Origin: Psilocybe cubensis
Lineage: Eukaryota
Assembly (NCBI GenBank): GCA_017499595.2
Contig: CM039002.1
Location: 186,001 to 250,000, forward strand
DNA length: 64,000 nt
Reading direction: 5' to 3'
Part shown: piece by piece, positions 51,108 through 64,000 of the stretch
Layout: the number at the start of each line of letters is the position of its first letter
Numbering within the stretch: the stretch's first letter is position 1
The notes under the pieces: model-generated
Database searches by the model: none
Seen by the model: only the letters and a program-made list of their open reading frames with translations
What the model was told of the DNA's origin: nothing
Translations under genes and position numbers: made by a program

Positions 51108-52621
51108 TCAATACCGAGCATACTCCCTCGCCCAGTTCATCCTGACCATTGACCTTGCAAAATACAACGCAAGACCCACGCACAGGAGTCCGACCCCACT
51201 GGAAGAAATCAAGAATATATAGAGTATCAATATCGCGACTGCACTGTCACTTCCATTTTCGCTTTCTGGTGCTGGTTGACGGTGGCGGAACCGGATGGTG
51301 AACCCAAACCAGACTATCGACATTGCAAAAGCTCCCGCAATGGCAACAAGATACATCGCAATTCCAGCACACACCCACAAAGAGAAGAACACTGAAAAAT
51401 ATAGTATTAGCCTGTTTATAACATATGATGTCGACAATGCAATAGAATCAGAGAGTCCTACCTCTCTGTACACGCCGTCGGGTGGTCACGGTCAAGTATG
51501 ATGACAGAATGCTTTCAATCTTGCGGAGAATGTATCCTCTCCCCCTCTTTGCTAGCATATGGACGGATGAGCCATATACGACATACCACACCTCATCATA
51601 GCAGGCAGCACCAAATTTTATTCCCACGGATGATGCAGCCAAAATGAATGCAGACATCATGAGGTGCAAACAGAAATTATGGATGTCATCGATGAACGTC
51701 GGAGTCAATGTGCTCGATACCTCAGATTTTCTGCCGTTGGTAATGACAGCGTCGAAGATAAGCCATGGATCCCGCCAATAGATGTGTATACCGTAGAGGC
51801 ATCCAAAGCACCACGCAGCTGAGAGGGTGATGCCTCCGATATACATTGTCGCTTTCGATACTGAAAAAATGACTTGTAAGCTATCAAATGGCAGACAGTA
51901 TGATGTTCGTAAGCACTTACTTGACATTATAGCATGAGACTGATCAACAACAAAGAACGTATGCCACATATCGACAGAATTGTACTCATAAAGCCCCACA
52001 ACGTACAAACTAGGTTGGTGCATCAGCCAAATTCTCGCCTGTACATCGGCCAAATTACGCTTGCGGCTTACCAGGTGGTCGCAGCCACTCCAAGAAGCCA
52101 GTCAGTCCAAGTGGCAGCAATATTCAAGCCAGCGTAGCTCAGATATGCCTTTGTCATCCCAAACGAAACAGCTGTAAAAGACACCAAAAGCCTATATAGT
52201 GTCACAGGAGGATACTTCGAGTATCGATTGCGCATGTGAAGGTACAATCTCTCATCTGAGCTATACTCTGGAACCGCGATTGACAGCCAACGAAGTTGTG
52301 CAAGTCTGCGCCATGCAAACTCCACGCAGTCATACTCAAAGAACCAGGAAATCTGAGGTGGCAGACGAACACGGTAAGAGTCATACCCACTGAGCCCATG
52401 AAGGCTGGTGAGGGTTATTATCTGATACACGACCAAGAAAGAAAGAGTTCGTACATCAGAAACAACAGGACACCTGATATCCACTCCAGAGTAGTTGAAA
52501 CAATAGAGTTACCACAATGAGCCATGATTGCCTTTGCCGTACCTAGCCCAATTGTCGTCAAGAGCACAACGAGCCGGTAGGGTGTCATCTTTGGATGCCA
52601 CCTCTGCAAAATGGGGAGCAT
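51108..52621 (-). CDS. Multi-pass membrane protein with an internally duplicated N-terminal module; apparent frameshift near 51485
   Basis: HPKMTPYRLVVLLTTIGLGTAKA..TTLEWISGV and YPPVTLYRLLVSFTAVSFGMTKA..TWTDWLLGV are homologous repeats. The hydrophobic C-terminal ORF 51108..51473 is in a different frame, with no convincing intron. Confidence 0.65.
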
Positions 52622-52730
52622 GGATGATGGTGGTCGAGAACAGAATACAGAATACGTTTGACATTCAGGTATGCGGAATACTAGTCGCGGAAATGGCCGG
52701 CGACCCTGAATCCGCAGAAATTACAAGCAA

Positions 52731-53811
52731 TCAGTTGTTGAATTTAGCAAGCACATCCCAGGAAGGCAGATCAAAGTATGAAGGCAGCTCAGCCCATAGC
52801 TGTTGCCTTCCAAGAGCCATCTCCGTCTCCGCCTCCTCCTTGCACTCGTTGCACAACCCAGCTACAATTTCGGAAGCAGTGTCTTGCAGAGCAACAGATA
52901 CATCGTAGGTGAGCATGCCCATCGCGACATTCAGCGCATTGCCGACGCGCTTCCCTTGGCAGGTGGCACAATCGTCGGTGATATCGCCTTCAAACCACGC
53001 CAATGTATGCGCAATCGTTCCGCGAAGAATCCTGTCTCGACCAAGAATCAAGATTCGTTGCGTCTCTGGAGCCAGCATGGCTACAGTCCTGTCTTTTCGC
53101 ATCGTGCCATCGAATATTTCTGTCTGGATCACGCATATATACACTAAACTCGACGATGACACAGAACTCACCAGCGGTCGATCCCTTAGAAGAATATAGT
53201 ACAGTACAGGTAAAATCTGTTGGAACTGGATTTCCGACGCGATGTTAATCAAGTCGATCTCGTGTCCTCGCGAGAAGTAGGCATCATTTTGCATGATAGT
53301 GCGGTGAGGATCGGACGCAGCGTCGTTTGTCCACTCGACAAAATTGGTTGGAAATTCTTTCAACAATCGTTGGACGGCGGCAGTCTTGATATCGTCAAAT
53401 TGGTATTTGTGACCAAGCCGCATCATAGATATGAGAACTCCGATAGAGTGATCCTCGTGCATCCTTCACTAGGTTGTTAATAGCCGCGCCTTTGATGAAC
53501 AACACTCACTTCAAGCCGAAGTAGATGATCCCCAACACGTTTTCCCAGTCTACTGCATCATCAATTACATGAATTAGAGGTACACCGTCTACCATTGCCG
53601 AAGATTCGGGTTGTGGCACAGTGAACATGTCCTGAAAAACCTTTGAGTAGTTGCAAAGGATGCTCCGATGCACCCGAAACTGGGTTTTCTGTGCTTCAAG
53701 GATAACGCTCCCGTCCTCAAACCAGAGAGAATGCGAACGCTTGACACCTTCGGAGCGCATTTGGTTTTTGACACTATCGTCCATTCGTTTTCTCTTTGTG
53801 GGGGGGAACAT
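52731..53811 (-). CDS. BTB/POZ-domain protein (3 exons)
   Basis: MFPPTKRKR..LWFEDGSVILEAQKTQFRVHRSILCNYSKVFQDMF..VDGVPLIHV.DDAVDW; MRLGHKYQF; LCNEC..GRQQLWAELPSYFDLPSW. Confidence 0.92.
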
Positions 53812-55699
53812 ACCTACAATGCTGTGGTTGGGTTGAAAGAAGTTGGAACAATTTTTGGCGCAAGCGCCTTGTGGCCAAGCAAATCGGAGTCTAAATCGTG
53901 ACAAAGACTGGTGTTTGATAATTCTGTCGGAGAACGAAATCTGAGTCGCAATTCAGAGCACAATCGTTGCAGTGCACATCGTACGCGATAGTTGGAAAAT
54001 ATTAAGGGGAGAGAAAAATGCCTCAAAAAATGGGCTCCAGAGTATGAAAAGGCTTTTAGGACCAGACTGGCCCCTGAAATAATTTCATTTTCGGCTTCGC
54101 AATTTCGTGTTGTATTAACAGGCTACTTCAGGCTACTTCCAAAGCCGCCTCTGCATCAAAATCAAATTGTACATTCAGTTTCGAATACATTTCCACCAAT
54201 TTTAAGAATCGGAAATGTGATATGCTACTACAGGGGATTACTTCTTGATTTGGGGATATTTGGGAGTCTCTTATCAAACGGTTTTTGTTCAAGATTTTTT
54301 TCAGCTTTGAGATCGAAATTTTAAGCTCGGTAAAACGGAATATGCTCGACATATGATCGGTAATCTCATCTTTCTCTTGCCCCTGGTAAGGTACCCCTGT
54401 CGTAAATCGATTAAACCGTATCACCTCGTATTCACATCGCTTAATGTCAAATGAGAACGGGCCGCACGGTCCCCGGCCCGCGCATGAAAAGCGGGCCGAT
54501 GATTTGCGTGGGTGCTTTTTGCGAAACGAGACTTCGACGAGACCGACATTTTTCAACCAATGTTCAACATTCAATGCCGACAAGTATTATCGTCAATTGT
54601 AATGCGAAGATGAAAATGATGTATTTATCAATAACAACTGATATATACTGTGATTCACCGAACGGTTTAGTTGAGGTAATGGAAAGCTACACTTAACAAA
54701 TTGAGGGAACCTACGGCAACCGACCGTATGACATCAAGTAAAACCACAACATCCACTCCGAGTAGCTTCGATGTCAAAAAGAGGATCATGTCGGATAAAC
54801 TGTTTTCCATTTCGACAGAAAGTGTATTCATTCATCTTTCGGAAAGCGGGTAACATATGTCTAAAGCCCTCGAATAATCCGTCGAAGTAAAGAGCTTAGT
54901 CTACAAATTTAGATAAAACGTGGCCAAGAATCTCGGAATCTAACCTTATTTACATTTCTTTAAAAGGTAGGAGGAATTGTCCTCGACCCGGCTGATACAT
55001 CTTGGTCCTGCAATTGCCCACTACGACTGACTTACAGCGCGTTTATGACCTACAGTATTGTAAAAAACTCCGAGTCCCTTACGCGCCGACCTATAATTTG
55101 TTCATGTTTTCTACTTGGTAACCTTTGAAACAAATCGATTGACGTAAATCAATGAGCTTAAAATGTCTTGTTTTATTACAATTCGTACAATGAGGAAGAG
55201 CTAGCACATAAAACAATGTTACCAATCAATGAGGTGAATGGAGGAATTGCAAAGTATTTATCCGAGTCAAAGAAGTGAAATGGTAAGCAGTCTCGGTTTA
55301 ATAACGCTAGATGACATATTATGTTTCGATATGCATACACAGGCCTCTCAATGGAGAAAAACATAGCCAACAGGCCACAACTCGCGTGCAGGTGATCAAG
55401 TGCACCCACAGTTTCGGAAATAAATTGATAACAGTGCCTCCCGAGTTCATTCCTCAGCGAGCTCATGGAAAAATCGACACCAGGGCAGAAGACTACTAAT
55501 TCACCGTAGTCTAGAACCCACACCGCTACAACGACTGGAAATCGGTCGATTTACGGTTCTTTTACAGTCCGAACCTTCAGAAGAGTGGAGCGGCAGTAAA
55601 AACAAACTGTTTTGTTGAAATAGGCATCTCAATTGTGTTTGACAACCTATAAAGGCTCGCCTCATTTTCAGTGGTGTCACAACATTCCTCCTTGCGAAC

Positions 55700-57601
55700 A
55701 TGCACTGGTTTAAAGTTCTTCTTTCTTTCGCACTTGCATCTGCTCAAACTCATGCTCTTCTTCGCTTTCCATGTTCCCAACTGGTCATTGAACGTTTCGA
55801 TCCGTGAGCATACACCTCTCGTGTTCGTTGTGGGATCTCGAGTCCGACATAATATATCACTGCAGGTTAATCAGCCCTGGTCAAGTCTCTGGGCATCTCC
55901 ACCAGGTAAGCATTTGAATTTGTAATGCTGGTTATCCATACCGCTTCATTGCTGTTGTAGATTGTCGGGGGAGTGAGTATACTCTTAAATACCCTCAAAA
56001 TTCATCATACTCAGATATATGATACCTACCTATGATACTGCCTCGATTTGAAGAATGCGTAAGTCCTGTTTAATTATGACGTCCGGTATATTCTTTATAT
56101 CCGTAAATATCAGATTCAATATCACCATGGACCCCGCAAACGATCTTCCCAGCCTCTCTACGTGCACGACATGTACCTTCAAGGAGGACTTTTCTAACTA
56201 TTGGACAGCCGTGCTGTATTTCCAACATCCTAACGGGACCTTCAAGAGGGTAAGCTGAGGATATATCCACATCAGCTAGCCGTTTTTTTATTCTAATGGA
56301 TTGCCTACAGGTTCCTCAAATGCCAGGACAATACCTTGGAAATGCAAATGGTGGAATGACAATTTATTACATTCAAACGGGAAAGGTCATCGCATTTAAG
56401 AAGGTTTTCCAACTCCCTTCACTTCTCTATCATTCCATGCCTCACAACATAACTCCCTAGGGATTCCGTATGATTGTCGGAAACCCTTTTTTGCGACAAT
56501 ACGATCCTAACTCTGCTGAGGCCAACTCGCTAAACTTTAGGTGCTTGACGGAAAATTACGGGAATGGGGGAGTTGTTGGCACACCAGGAAGCGATTCGCA
56601 TACCCTTCCTAACCAGCCGTGCAGTGGAGGGATCCGCTCTCAGATTGTCTTCCCCACGTGCGCATCCATCCAAATTGTCGCTAGGATTATTATGATTTAT
56701 CCTCATTACAGATGTTGGGATGGTATTAACCTCGACACCCCTGACCATAAGGCAAGCCATTATACCCAGCGCTGCTGGACAAACTTAACACTTTACGCAT
56801 TTAGAGCCACACGAGCTACACCATCAACGGTGCTTGTCCGTCCACCCATCCTGTTGTTCTCCCCGAGCTCTTTATCGAGACCATATGGGATACAACCTCT
56901 TTCAACAGTATGTGGCCATCTAACGGAAAACAACCGTTTGTATTCTCGATGGGCGACCCGTGAGTGTCATTTCATTCAGAAACAACGAGCTGACTCAGTT
57001 ATGATCTCAGAGTCGGAGTTGGCCAGCACGCCGACTACGTCTTTGGCTGGAAAGGTGACTCCCTTCAGAAAGCCATGGACAGCTGCAATGACGCGGGAGG
57101 AGGAAATTGTAATGTCCTCACCACCCAATCCATTAACGCCATCAATGCCTGTGTCCAGGCTCCCCGAGTCGCTGAGACCACTGATGGGTGTATGTCCAAA
57201 TGTTTAACGCCCAAAGACTGTAATTCGAATTATTAACACTTAATACTTACAGGGCTTCCCAGCCTTCCTGGGTGTAACCCCATCCAAGCAGGTCCAGGAA
57301 CCGCCACACAGGCAATTGGTTGTGGCGCAGTAACGACTGCTGCTCCTGGATCTTATCCCAGCGTGACGCCAACCCCACCAGCGACTACTCCGGCAGGGCC
57401 AATCACCACTCAGGTTCCAGGAAACACCGCAGCACATTGGGCGCAATGCGGTGAGTCAAGAGTGAACATTGTGTTGCGAAGATTCTGTGTGGTGCTCACA
57501 AACCATTTTCTGCAGGAGGACAAGGATATAGCGGACCAACTGTGTGTGCCGCTCCATATACATGCCAGGCCCAGAACCCGTACTATTCTCAATGCCTGTA
57601 A
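55700..57601 (+). CDS. Secreted DUF1996 protein with a C-terminal CBM1 cellulose-binding module
   Basis: Signal peptide [81 protein letters not shown] linker; CBM1 [34 protein letters not shown]. Confidence 0.95.
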
Positions 57602-57787
57602 ACAACAGTTTTTGTATGCTCAGAGCTCATACGTTATGTTTTTATCCTTGAATGTGATACACTTCAGTGCTTAGCAAGTTATGAGGGAGGTACTAGAAAC
57701 GCACCAGCCTAAGATTGAGCAGTAAATTCATCAGTGAATAATGTTTATACCAAGATCCGAACCGTTGTTAAAATTGGCAATATAAGA

Positions 57788-58369
57788 TCATGAATTTGAA
57801 GGCGTTGAAGGTGTGGAGTTAGTTGGCTCCGGATTGTTCATTCGATAACTGGGAGAATATCAGTATATTTGCGTGGAATACCATGCATTCCACGTACTTA
57901 ACAATGCGGCCTAATTGCGTGATGCCCGAGAGCCCCACAAAGAAGTTGACCTGTAAGAGGAAAATGTAGTACGAGTGGTGCCGCCGTATAGTGGAAGAAA
58001 ACATACCGCTGCCAGATTATAATTCACGGGGGTGATTACTAGGGACCACCGTACCCATATGAAGCCAGTGGCTGCGAGCGCTACGGAGGTTGAGGAGGAG
58101 TCAGCACTGATACAATGAATCACTGAATATCAGACTTACCTAGATTCTGGGATACGCTAAGCTTATCCGCAGGTCGATTCATATCTTTCAGTCCAGCTGC
58201 AACCAAACCCCATTTCATGAAGGGTGCCCAGAAGAACACCGTCTTGGGGCCTACGAGCATCAACATGAATGTTCCAGGGAAGTACTATCTATTTGTGATT
58301 CTCACCGGCAGGGTGATTGATAAATGCAGACACCTTTGAAGCACCAGAAGCAGCAGCAGGGCCGGACAT
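57788..58369 (-). CDS. MPC2: Mitochondrial pyruvate carrier, MPC2 type
   Basis: NHPA|GPKTVFFWAPFMKWGLVAAGLKDMNRPADKLSVSQNL|ALAATGFIWVRWSLVITPVNYNLAA|VNFFVGLSGITQLGRI. Confidence 0.95.
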
Positions 58370-58723
58370 CGTGAGGGACACGGTAATAGTTCTACTGGAT
58401 GGCGGTCTGAGAGTGAGGGGAAGAAGGAAGCCTGTTGAATTTACGTCAGGGAGTGCAGAATGAGGGAACAGCAGCAATTAGGTAATCGTTTCCTTAGTCT
58501 GCCGGTGGCACATTTGTGTTAAATGTGCCTGAAAATGTTCTCACCTAAATAGATGTGCGAAACGTTTGGAGAGACAACGCAATGTAGGTTCGATTTACAA
58601 TGATTTTCCAATCAAACACAACAACTATTTTTTTGATTTAATTATAACTAGTTGAACGAGGGGTATCATGGCGTTGGGTACTGTTCCGAACATGGTATCA
58701 CCGACTCTGATATAATTACTCTA

Positions 58724-60240
58724 TTAAATATGTGGTAAAAAGCGTGTCCAGTTCACCTGTACAAAAGCCTCCTTTGGAAGATCTCTCAAAGTGATAAAAG
58801 CTTCTGTCAGTAAAATAATTCTGGCTATGAAATAGACGGGAAGAGATTTCCAAAATATTTCACCAATGATGACTATACCTTTGTGTCGAGCTCCAGAAAG
58901 AAAAGTTGGGATACCACCAATCATGAGGAGCGTCGCATGGAAAACCATTAGAACAGGTAGCGTGGAGACCACTACCGCACAAACTCTCCAAAGGACCTTC
59001 TCTTCTTGTGTTGGAAACCCGAGGTTCCATCCCGCGCAATGTATTGCACCAAACATAACACCAATGACCGCAATTGCCATATTACACGCCGGAATAGCGG
59101 TAATGCGATGTGGTAGAGCGTAAAAGGTTGGGATTTCCGTCACTGGTGAATCAAGTGTGTAATGGGAACCACGCATTTGAGAGAGGCGCTTCCATCCAAA
59201 AAGGAAGGCCTCTCGTAAACGAGATACTCTGTCTTGCGTAATGTGGTCTTTTGCTCCAGGAGACACATGGCCCGAGTGAACGTAGAAAGAAGATTTAGTG
59301 GCATCCTGTCGAGGCTGGGTTAGCGTTGTGTTTTGTAAATTCGAGTTGACTTCATAAAGATACACATTTCAGAATCAATACCCAGTGACAAGACAGCGCA
59401 CATACCAGCCGCACTTCCACCTGCTTCAGGTTGACCATGCGAGAGGATCTGTGTCGTTGGCGAGAGAGGATCTATCCATGCTGGCAGTGGAACTGGAGCT
59501 GGTCTGGAACAAGGATAGATTCGGATGCGATATTCGGCGTCCAATGGCTTATCCCACCACAAGAAATACATCAAACCATTGAGAAAGGCAAATGCGAGCG
59601 TGACCAGCTCAAGCCCTGTCAAACCGACACTCATTATAGCTCGGGAGATGCACTGAGCTATAAACCACGAGGTTTGACCAACAACAATCAACTTTGAGAG
59701 ACCATCTCCCCTAGATAGGGAACAAATCTGATCTTTAGAAACGTCCGGAAAAGATATTGACCCTTTATCGAGCAAGTCGTAGAAATGTTCATCTGTAATG
59801 ACTTCCACTCTCCCATTGCTATCTGCGAGAACAAAGCCACCCATTTGAAGAAAATGGCCATGTGTTTTCGTCCATTCAAAATCTAGAAGATAGTCTAAAG
59901 CATGTTTTTCGCTGAAATTGGTCAACCCACCTTTGTAAAATTCTGCAAGTCGCCTTGCCCCTAACCACTGCCTCAATGCCCAGTATAGGGTCATCTCTGG
60001 AATCAGAATAGTCCACATCGTGAGCTCCAGGCGTCGTAAAAATATATCAAGTTTCCCTTTTCGCAGCCCAGGCGAGTTCGGATGGATGGAAACCCAAGTG
60101 CATGCAAATATTGTGCAAATGCAGCTCCAGAGAATATTCCAAGTGGACCGAAGCTGTAGAGAAGCAATATCGCTAGCATCCCTGCGAAAAGCGACATATT
60201 CATTCTCTGTTACTACAGTTGCCGATGCCTTGAGAATCAT
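58724..60240 (-). CDS. Conserved fungal multi-pass membrane protein of unknown function
   Basis: RSTWNILWSCICTIFACTWVSIHPN, IPEM..WALRQW, WTKTHGHFLQMGGF, SRGDGLSK..QTSWFIAQCISR, LELVTLAF..WWDKPLD, FGAIHCAGW..FPT.EE..LWR, Y..ARIILL.EAFITLRDLP..V.WT.FLPHI*. Confidence 0.88.
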
Positions 60241-61073
60241 CGCAGACTCGGATTAAGGCGAATGAAAGTTGCGCGGAAATGGCTGAGAGAATAAATCCCT
60301 GACACTGTGAGGCATTGCACTTATATAGATGCTGGAGAGATTATCCTTGACTAACCGTGTGGCAGTTGTCCTACGAGATTGCACTGCCCTCCATGTAGCG
60401 TTCTGAGAAGGAATCACACAGAAGCTCACATGGAAACTTGCATAGCCTCCTCAGGCTGCTATTGCTCTGTTGAATGTCCACTGCTTGATATTTTGAGTCT
60501 GTTCCAAAGCCGTTTCGTACCAATATCAGCGTACCTCCTGTTATTCCAAGAAGGAACACTCGGAACAACTATTGATGCGGATTCAGTGTGGGACGAAGCA
60601 AAGGGATCCGAAAATAACCGGATCACGCGTTGCGTATTGCCGTTCAGCTGGATGCTGGTGCTGTTACTTGCCTGAACCTTGCTACGGCACGTCCCGAGGA
60701 CACTTGCGATTGCGCTAGAGACACGAAGCACAAACGAAGCGCTGGTACTTTTGCCGCCCTTTCCTTCGATTGGTTTGCCCTATTTTGCTTCTTTTTCCGT
60801 CAAATATAATAAAGGCTAAGAAAACAAATATTAAAGGTAATATTCAAACTTTCAAGAGAAATGGGGCATGGGAAAGGTGTTAGTAGATTGAAAGAGTTTC
60901 CTGGTTTCCTGGTGAAACCAAACCTCTGATCTCTTATGATGGCCAGTGGATGGCAGTTGTCCTTTTTTGTGTCCGTTCACTGCCTAATTTAGCTACACAA
61001 GCTCAGAGAATGGAGTACATAAAGTAGGTTGACATTATATACTCACTACCACTTACAACCCTTCCTAAATCCA

Positions 61074-62231
61074 ATGACCTCTCCCCAAACTCGCGCCGCA
61101 TCCAAGAAACGCAAGGTTGAAGCTGCAAAGGATGACAACTCTTCGCACATAACCCGCTCACCGGATCTTTGGTTCAATGACGGAACAGTCATTATACAGG
61201 CGGAGACAACCCACTTTCGAGTTCATCGTGATTTTATCGCCAGGCATTCCGAAGTATTCTGCGACATGTTCAAGATTCCACAGCCAGCCGATGAATCCTC
61301 TAAAGAGCCATGCCAAGTTGTAGAAGTGTTTGGCGATAGAGCAAAGGACTGGGAGAATCTATTGAAGGCGATGTACAATTGTTATAAGTGAGACATTCCT
61401 GTTCACCGAATACACACACACATCGTTTCTCTCCTGTGGTTAACTTGAATATTATCCAACTCTGACGGTACTATTTTTAACAGCACGCAAAAGCTTCCTG
61501 AAGAATACCCTATTGAGCGAGTCATATCGTTGCTGCTTTTGGGGAACAAGTACCACTTTAACTTTTACCGGGATATTGCCATTGCACGCCTCAGAGATAT
61601 ACTTCCTATTGATTCCTACACTGAGTGGGTTTCGAACAATGCGGATCGCATCAAGTATATCAACGCGCATCTGTTCGAGCTGGCAAACGTGGTCCAGGAA
61701 GTTGGATGGACATCTCTCCTCCCTGTCATCTATTTGCTATGTATCAGACACTCGAACACGGTCAGATTCTAAGCTGGTTTTGTAGAACTAATATTGACTG
61801 GTACTATGCAGAAATTAATACGAAAGGGCATTTCGCAAGCGGACGGTTCACTTTCTGTCCTGCCAATTGCGGTTCAGAATATGCTTATTGATGCCAGAAT
61901 CGCTCTGTCCAGGGAGGCATTAGAGAAAACACTTTTCAAACCAATGAGCGCTCTCTACGAAACCGAGGATGATGATGAGTCGGTGGATTGCACATCCGAA
62001 TACGACGACTGCGCCAACCACGAAAAGAAAAATGAACGCGTTTTCTATTTACTGGACAACCCCGGAACAATATTCGATACTCCTGCAATAGATCTCTGCT
62101 ACTGTCTGCCCTGTAACATATTCGTACACGCCGAGGCTGCCAATGGGCGCACTGAGATGTGGGAGAAACTGCCAAGTTACTTCAACCTTCCCGAGTGGGA
62201 CGACCTAGCCGATTTGGATAACGACGATTAA
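61074..62231 (+). CDS. BTB/POZ-domain protein (3 exons)
   Basis: TRSPDLWFNDGTVIIQAETTHFRVHRDFIARHSEVFCDMF; LLLGNKYHF; CLPC..GRTEMWEKLPSYFNLPEW. Confidence 0.92.
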
Positions 62232-62479
62232 ATCTATCACCGACAATGATAATTAACATTCATCATTGCCTGCAACACTATTTCGAATATGTGTACGTAA
62301 ATAAACTATTAAAATGTCCAAATTCTGCCATTTTGGTGGTGTGCGCGAAAGGATGCAATGGGTGTGGATATGAGGGTATGATGCAAGACGGAGGTAACAG
62401 ACAGAGCCAACTGCTCATAAAGGGGATGAATGCTCTCGGGGCGATATCGTGAAAACAACAACACTAAGACAATTGGTCC

Positions 62480-63880
62480 TTAAGCGAGGAGCATGGCGAC
62501 ACCGAAGAGGGCGCTAACGAGGACAGCGCTCGAGGCGACGACCTGGCCGGCACCGCTGGTGTCAGTCTGCGTGCTTGGGGCAGCAGAGTTCGAGTTCGAG
62601 GCCGAGGAGCGCGATGTGGCGCTGCTCGAGCTTCCGCCGTTCGTCTGCGAAGAGGAGGTAGCAGAGGAAGAAGGAGCAGCAACGCTGGCGGTGGGGAGGC
62701 CGGTGTAGATCGACTTGGACTCGAACTGGACGCAGTTGGAAGACTTGGGGATGCGGGGCTCGTAGGTGACGGTGGTGATAGGGCCGAGGGACTCAGGGGG
62801 CTGGGTGTAGGTGGAGGTGACACCGTCAGCACCGGTGTAAATTCCGGGGAAGTCCTGGTTCTCGCCCTCGCAAGCCTCGAAGGTACCGTTGCGAGCTTCG
62901 TTGGGGGCGTTGTACTTGCAGCCAATACGATCAAAGATGTGCTCGCAGTAGTTAGCAGCGTTGGCGCCTCGGGGATCGCAGAGTTTCAAGCAGAAGGAGT
63001 TAGAGCCGATGAAGCTGTGCAATTTCAATATGAGATCAGATACAAGAAATACAAAAAATGAACTTACTTGTGCCACTCAATAGCCTGAGTATATTGGCCA
63101 GTGAAGCGGTTGGAGAACATGATACCACCCATGGGGTTACCACGCTGTATAAAAAAGCGAAGCATAAGAATCCAATATCAGGAGCACAAAAAAATATATG
63201 CACGCACGAGATCGGCACCGTGAGGGTCCATCTCACCTCCGTAATCACCTTCAAGGATGTTGATCTTTGTCTGATCAATGAAACCGACGACTTGGACGTA
63301 GTCAGGGGTCTTGGTGAACTGCACACCATGGAGAGCACCCTCAGGGATGAGACGCGTTCCGTGTCCGGGCTTGGTGCACCAAGCGATCATGGAACCCTCG
63401 ATGTCACCAACAGTCGCGCCATACTCAGCAGGAGCCCAAAGACAGAAGTCTAGACAAACGACCCCTATCTTCAGCAACTTTGAATATATTGAGAAAGTAA
63501 AACATACCATCGAGATCGTTGAGGAACGAGGTCTGGCACAGAGATTGCTGGTTCTCGGTTGTGGCGTTGCAAATGTTGTATCCGATTTGAGTTCCACGGA
63601 TTAGGTTAGTGTCGGTGTCGACTTTGTAAGGCTATAAAGAAAATGGATGTAAGAATAGGAACATAAAAAAGGGGTGAAGAAGAAAAGGGGGGTGTTGCGT
63701 GGACAGCACAGTGAAAAGTATTATACGCACAATTCCGTCGGGATAGTTGTAAGGACCCTTCTGAGCGAGGGGAACGGCGGGGTAAGTAGCCATGGGTGGG
63801 GCTTGAGCCATGGCGACAGACGCTGAGATTGCCAGCGCAACCATGCGCGGGAGAGAAAGGGAAAGAGTGACTGGAGACAT
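62480..63880 (-). CDS. Secreted, probably GPI-anchored mannoprotein (Cryptococcus MP88/macrophage-activating glycoprotein-like)
   Basis: Signal peptide; DFCLWAP..GDIEG..AWCTKPGHGTRLIP.GA..GVQF.KTPDYVQV.G; GGEMDPHGAD.RGNP.GG; EWHNFIG..FC.K.C; CEHIFDRIGC..N.P; Ser-rich tail and hydrophobic C-terminus. Confidence 0.9.
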
Positions 63881-64000
63881 TTTTCGTGTTGGTTTGGTGG
63901 AAAAGGTTTGCTTGGAATATGGGTTTGGAACGAAGGTGTGGATTATATGAGTCTAGAAATATCTAGAGTATAAAGGGGAGGGGGAGGGGAGGGGAGGTTA

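Noticed and set aside
54128..54583. 151-aa ORF
   Set aside because: No motif, intron or promoter support; lies in repeat-like intergenic DNA.
1..64000. CRISPR arrays, rRNA, tRNA and prokaryotic operon features
   Set aside because: The sequence is eukaryotic with spliceosomal introns, and no such patterns were seen by eye. Small RNA genes would need tRNAscan-SE or Infernal to exclude.

Overview
Eukaryotic, intron-rich fungal DNA. Short GT-AG and some GC-AG introns, micro-exons and the gene families present point to an agaricomycete (mushroom-forming basidiomycete); this is inferred, not verified. The six-frame ORF track fragments most genes, so gene models were reconstructed by hand from splice signals. 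About 17 apparently intact genes: RCY1 (F-box/Sec10-like), MPC2, a cytochrome P450, a GMC (AA3) oxidoreductase, a Gfo/Idh/MocA oxidoreductase, a DUF1996+CBM1 secreted protein, an MP88-like GPI mannoprotein, an EH-like/NPF protein, three BTB proteins, two inverted paralogous 7TM-like proteins, two other membrane proteins, a Ser/Pro-rich hypothetical protein, and a small secreted 6-Cys beta/gamma-crystallin-like protein that the ORF track misses. Decaying loci include an MDR reductase with a 1-nt frameshift, an F-box pseudogene, a truncated BTB gene, a frameshifted membrane-protein gene and a CpG-decayed relic. There are two CACTG-ended hairpin MITEs with 3-bp target-site duplications, a local segmental duplication and a candidate pseudoknotted RNA element. 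I found no rRNA, tRNA, CRISPR array or secondary-metabolite backbone gene, and no clearly new multi-gene system. The best leads are the crystallin-like protein with its duplicated remnant, the pseudoknot, and the atypical active-site motifs in the GMC and P450.
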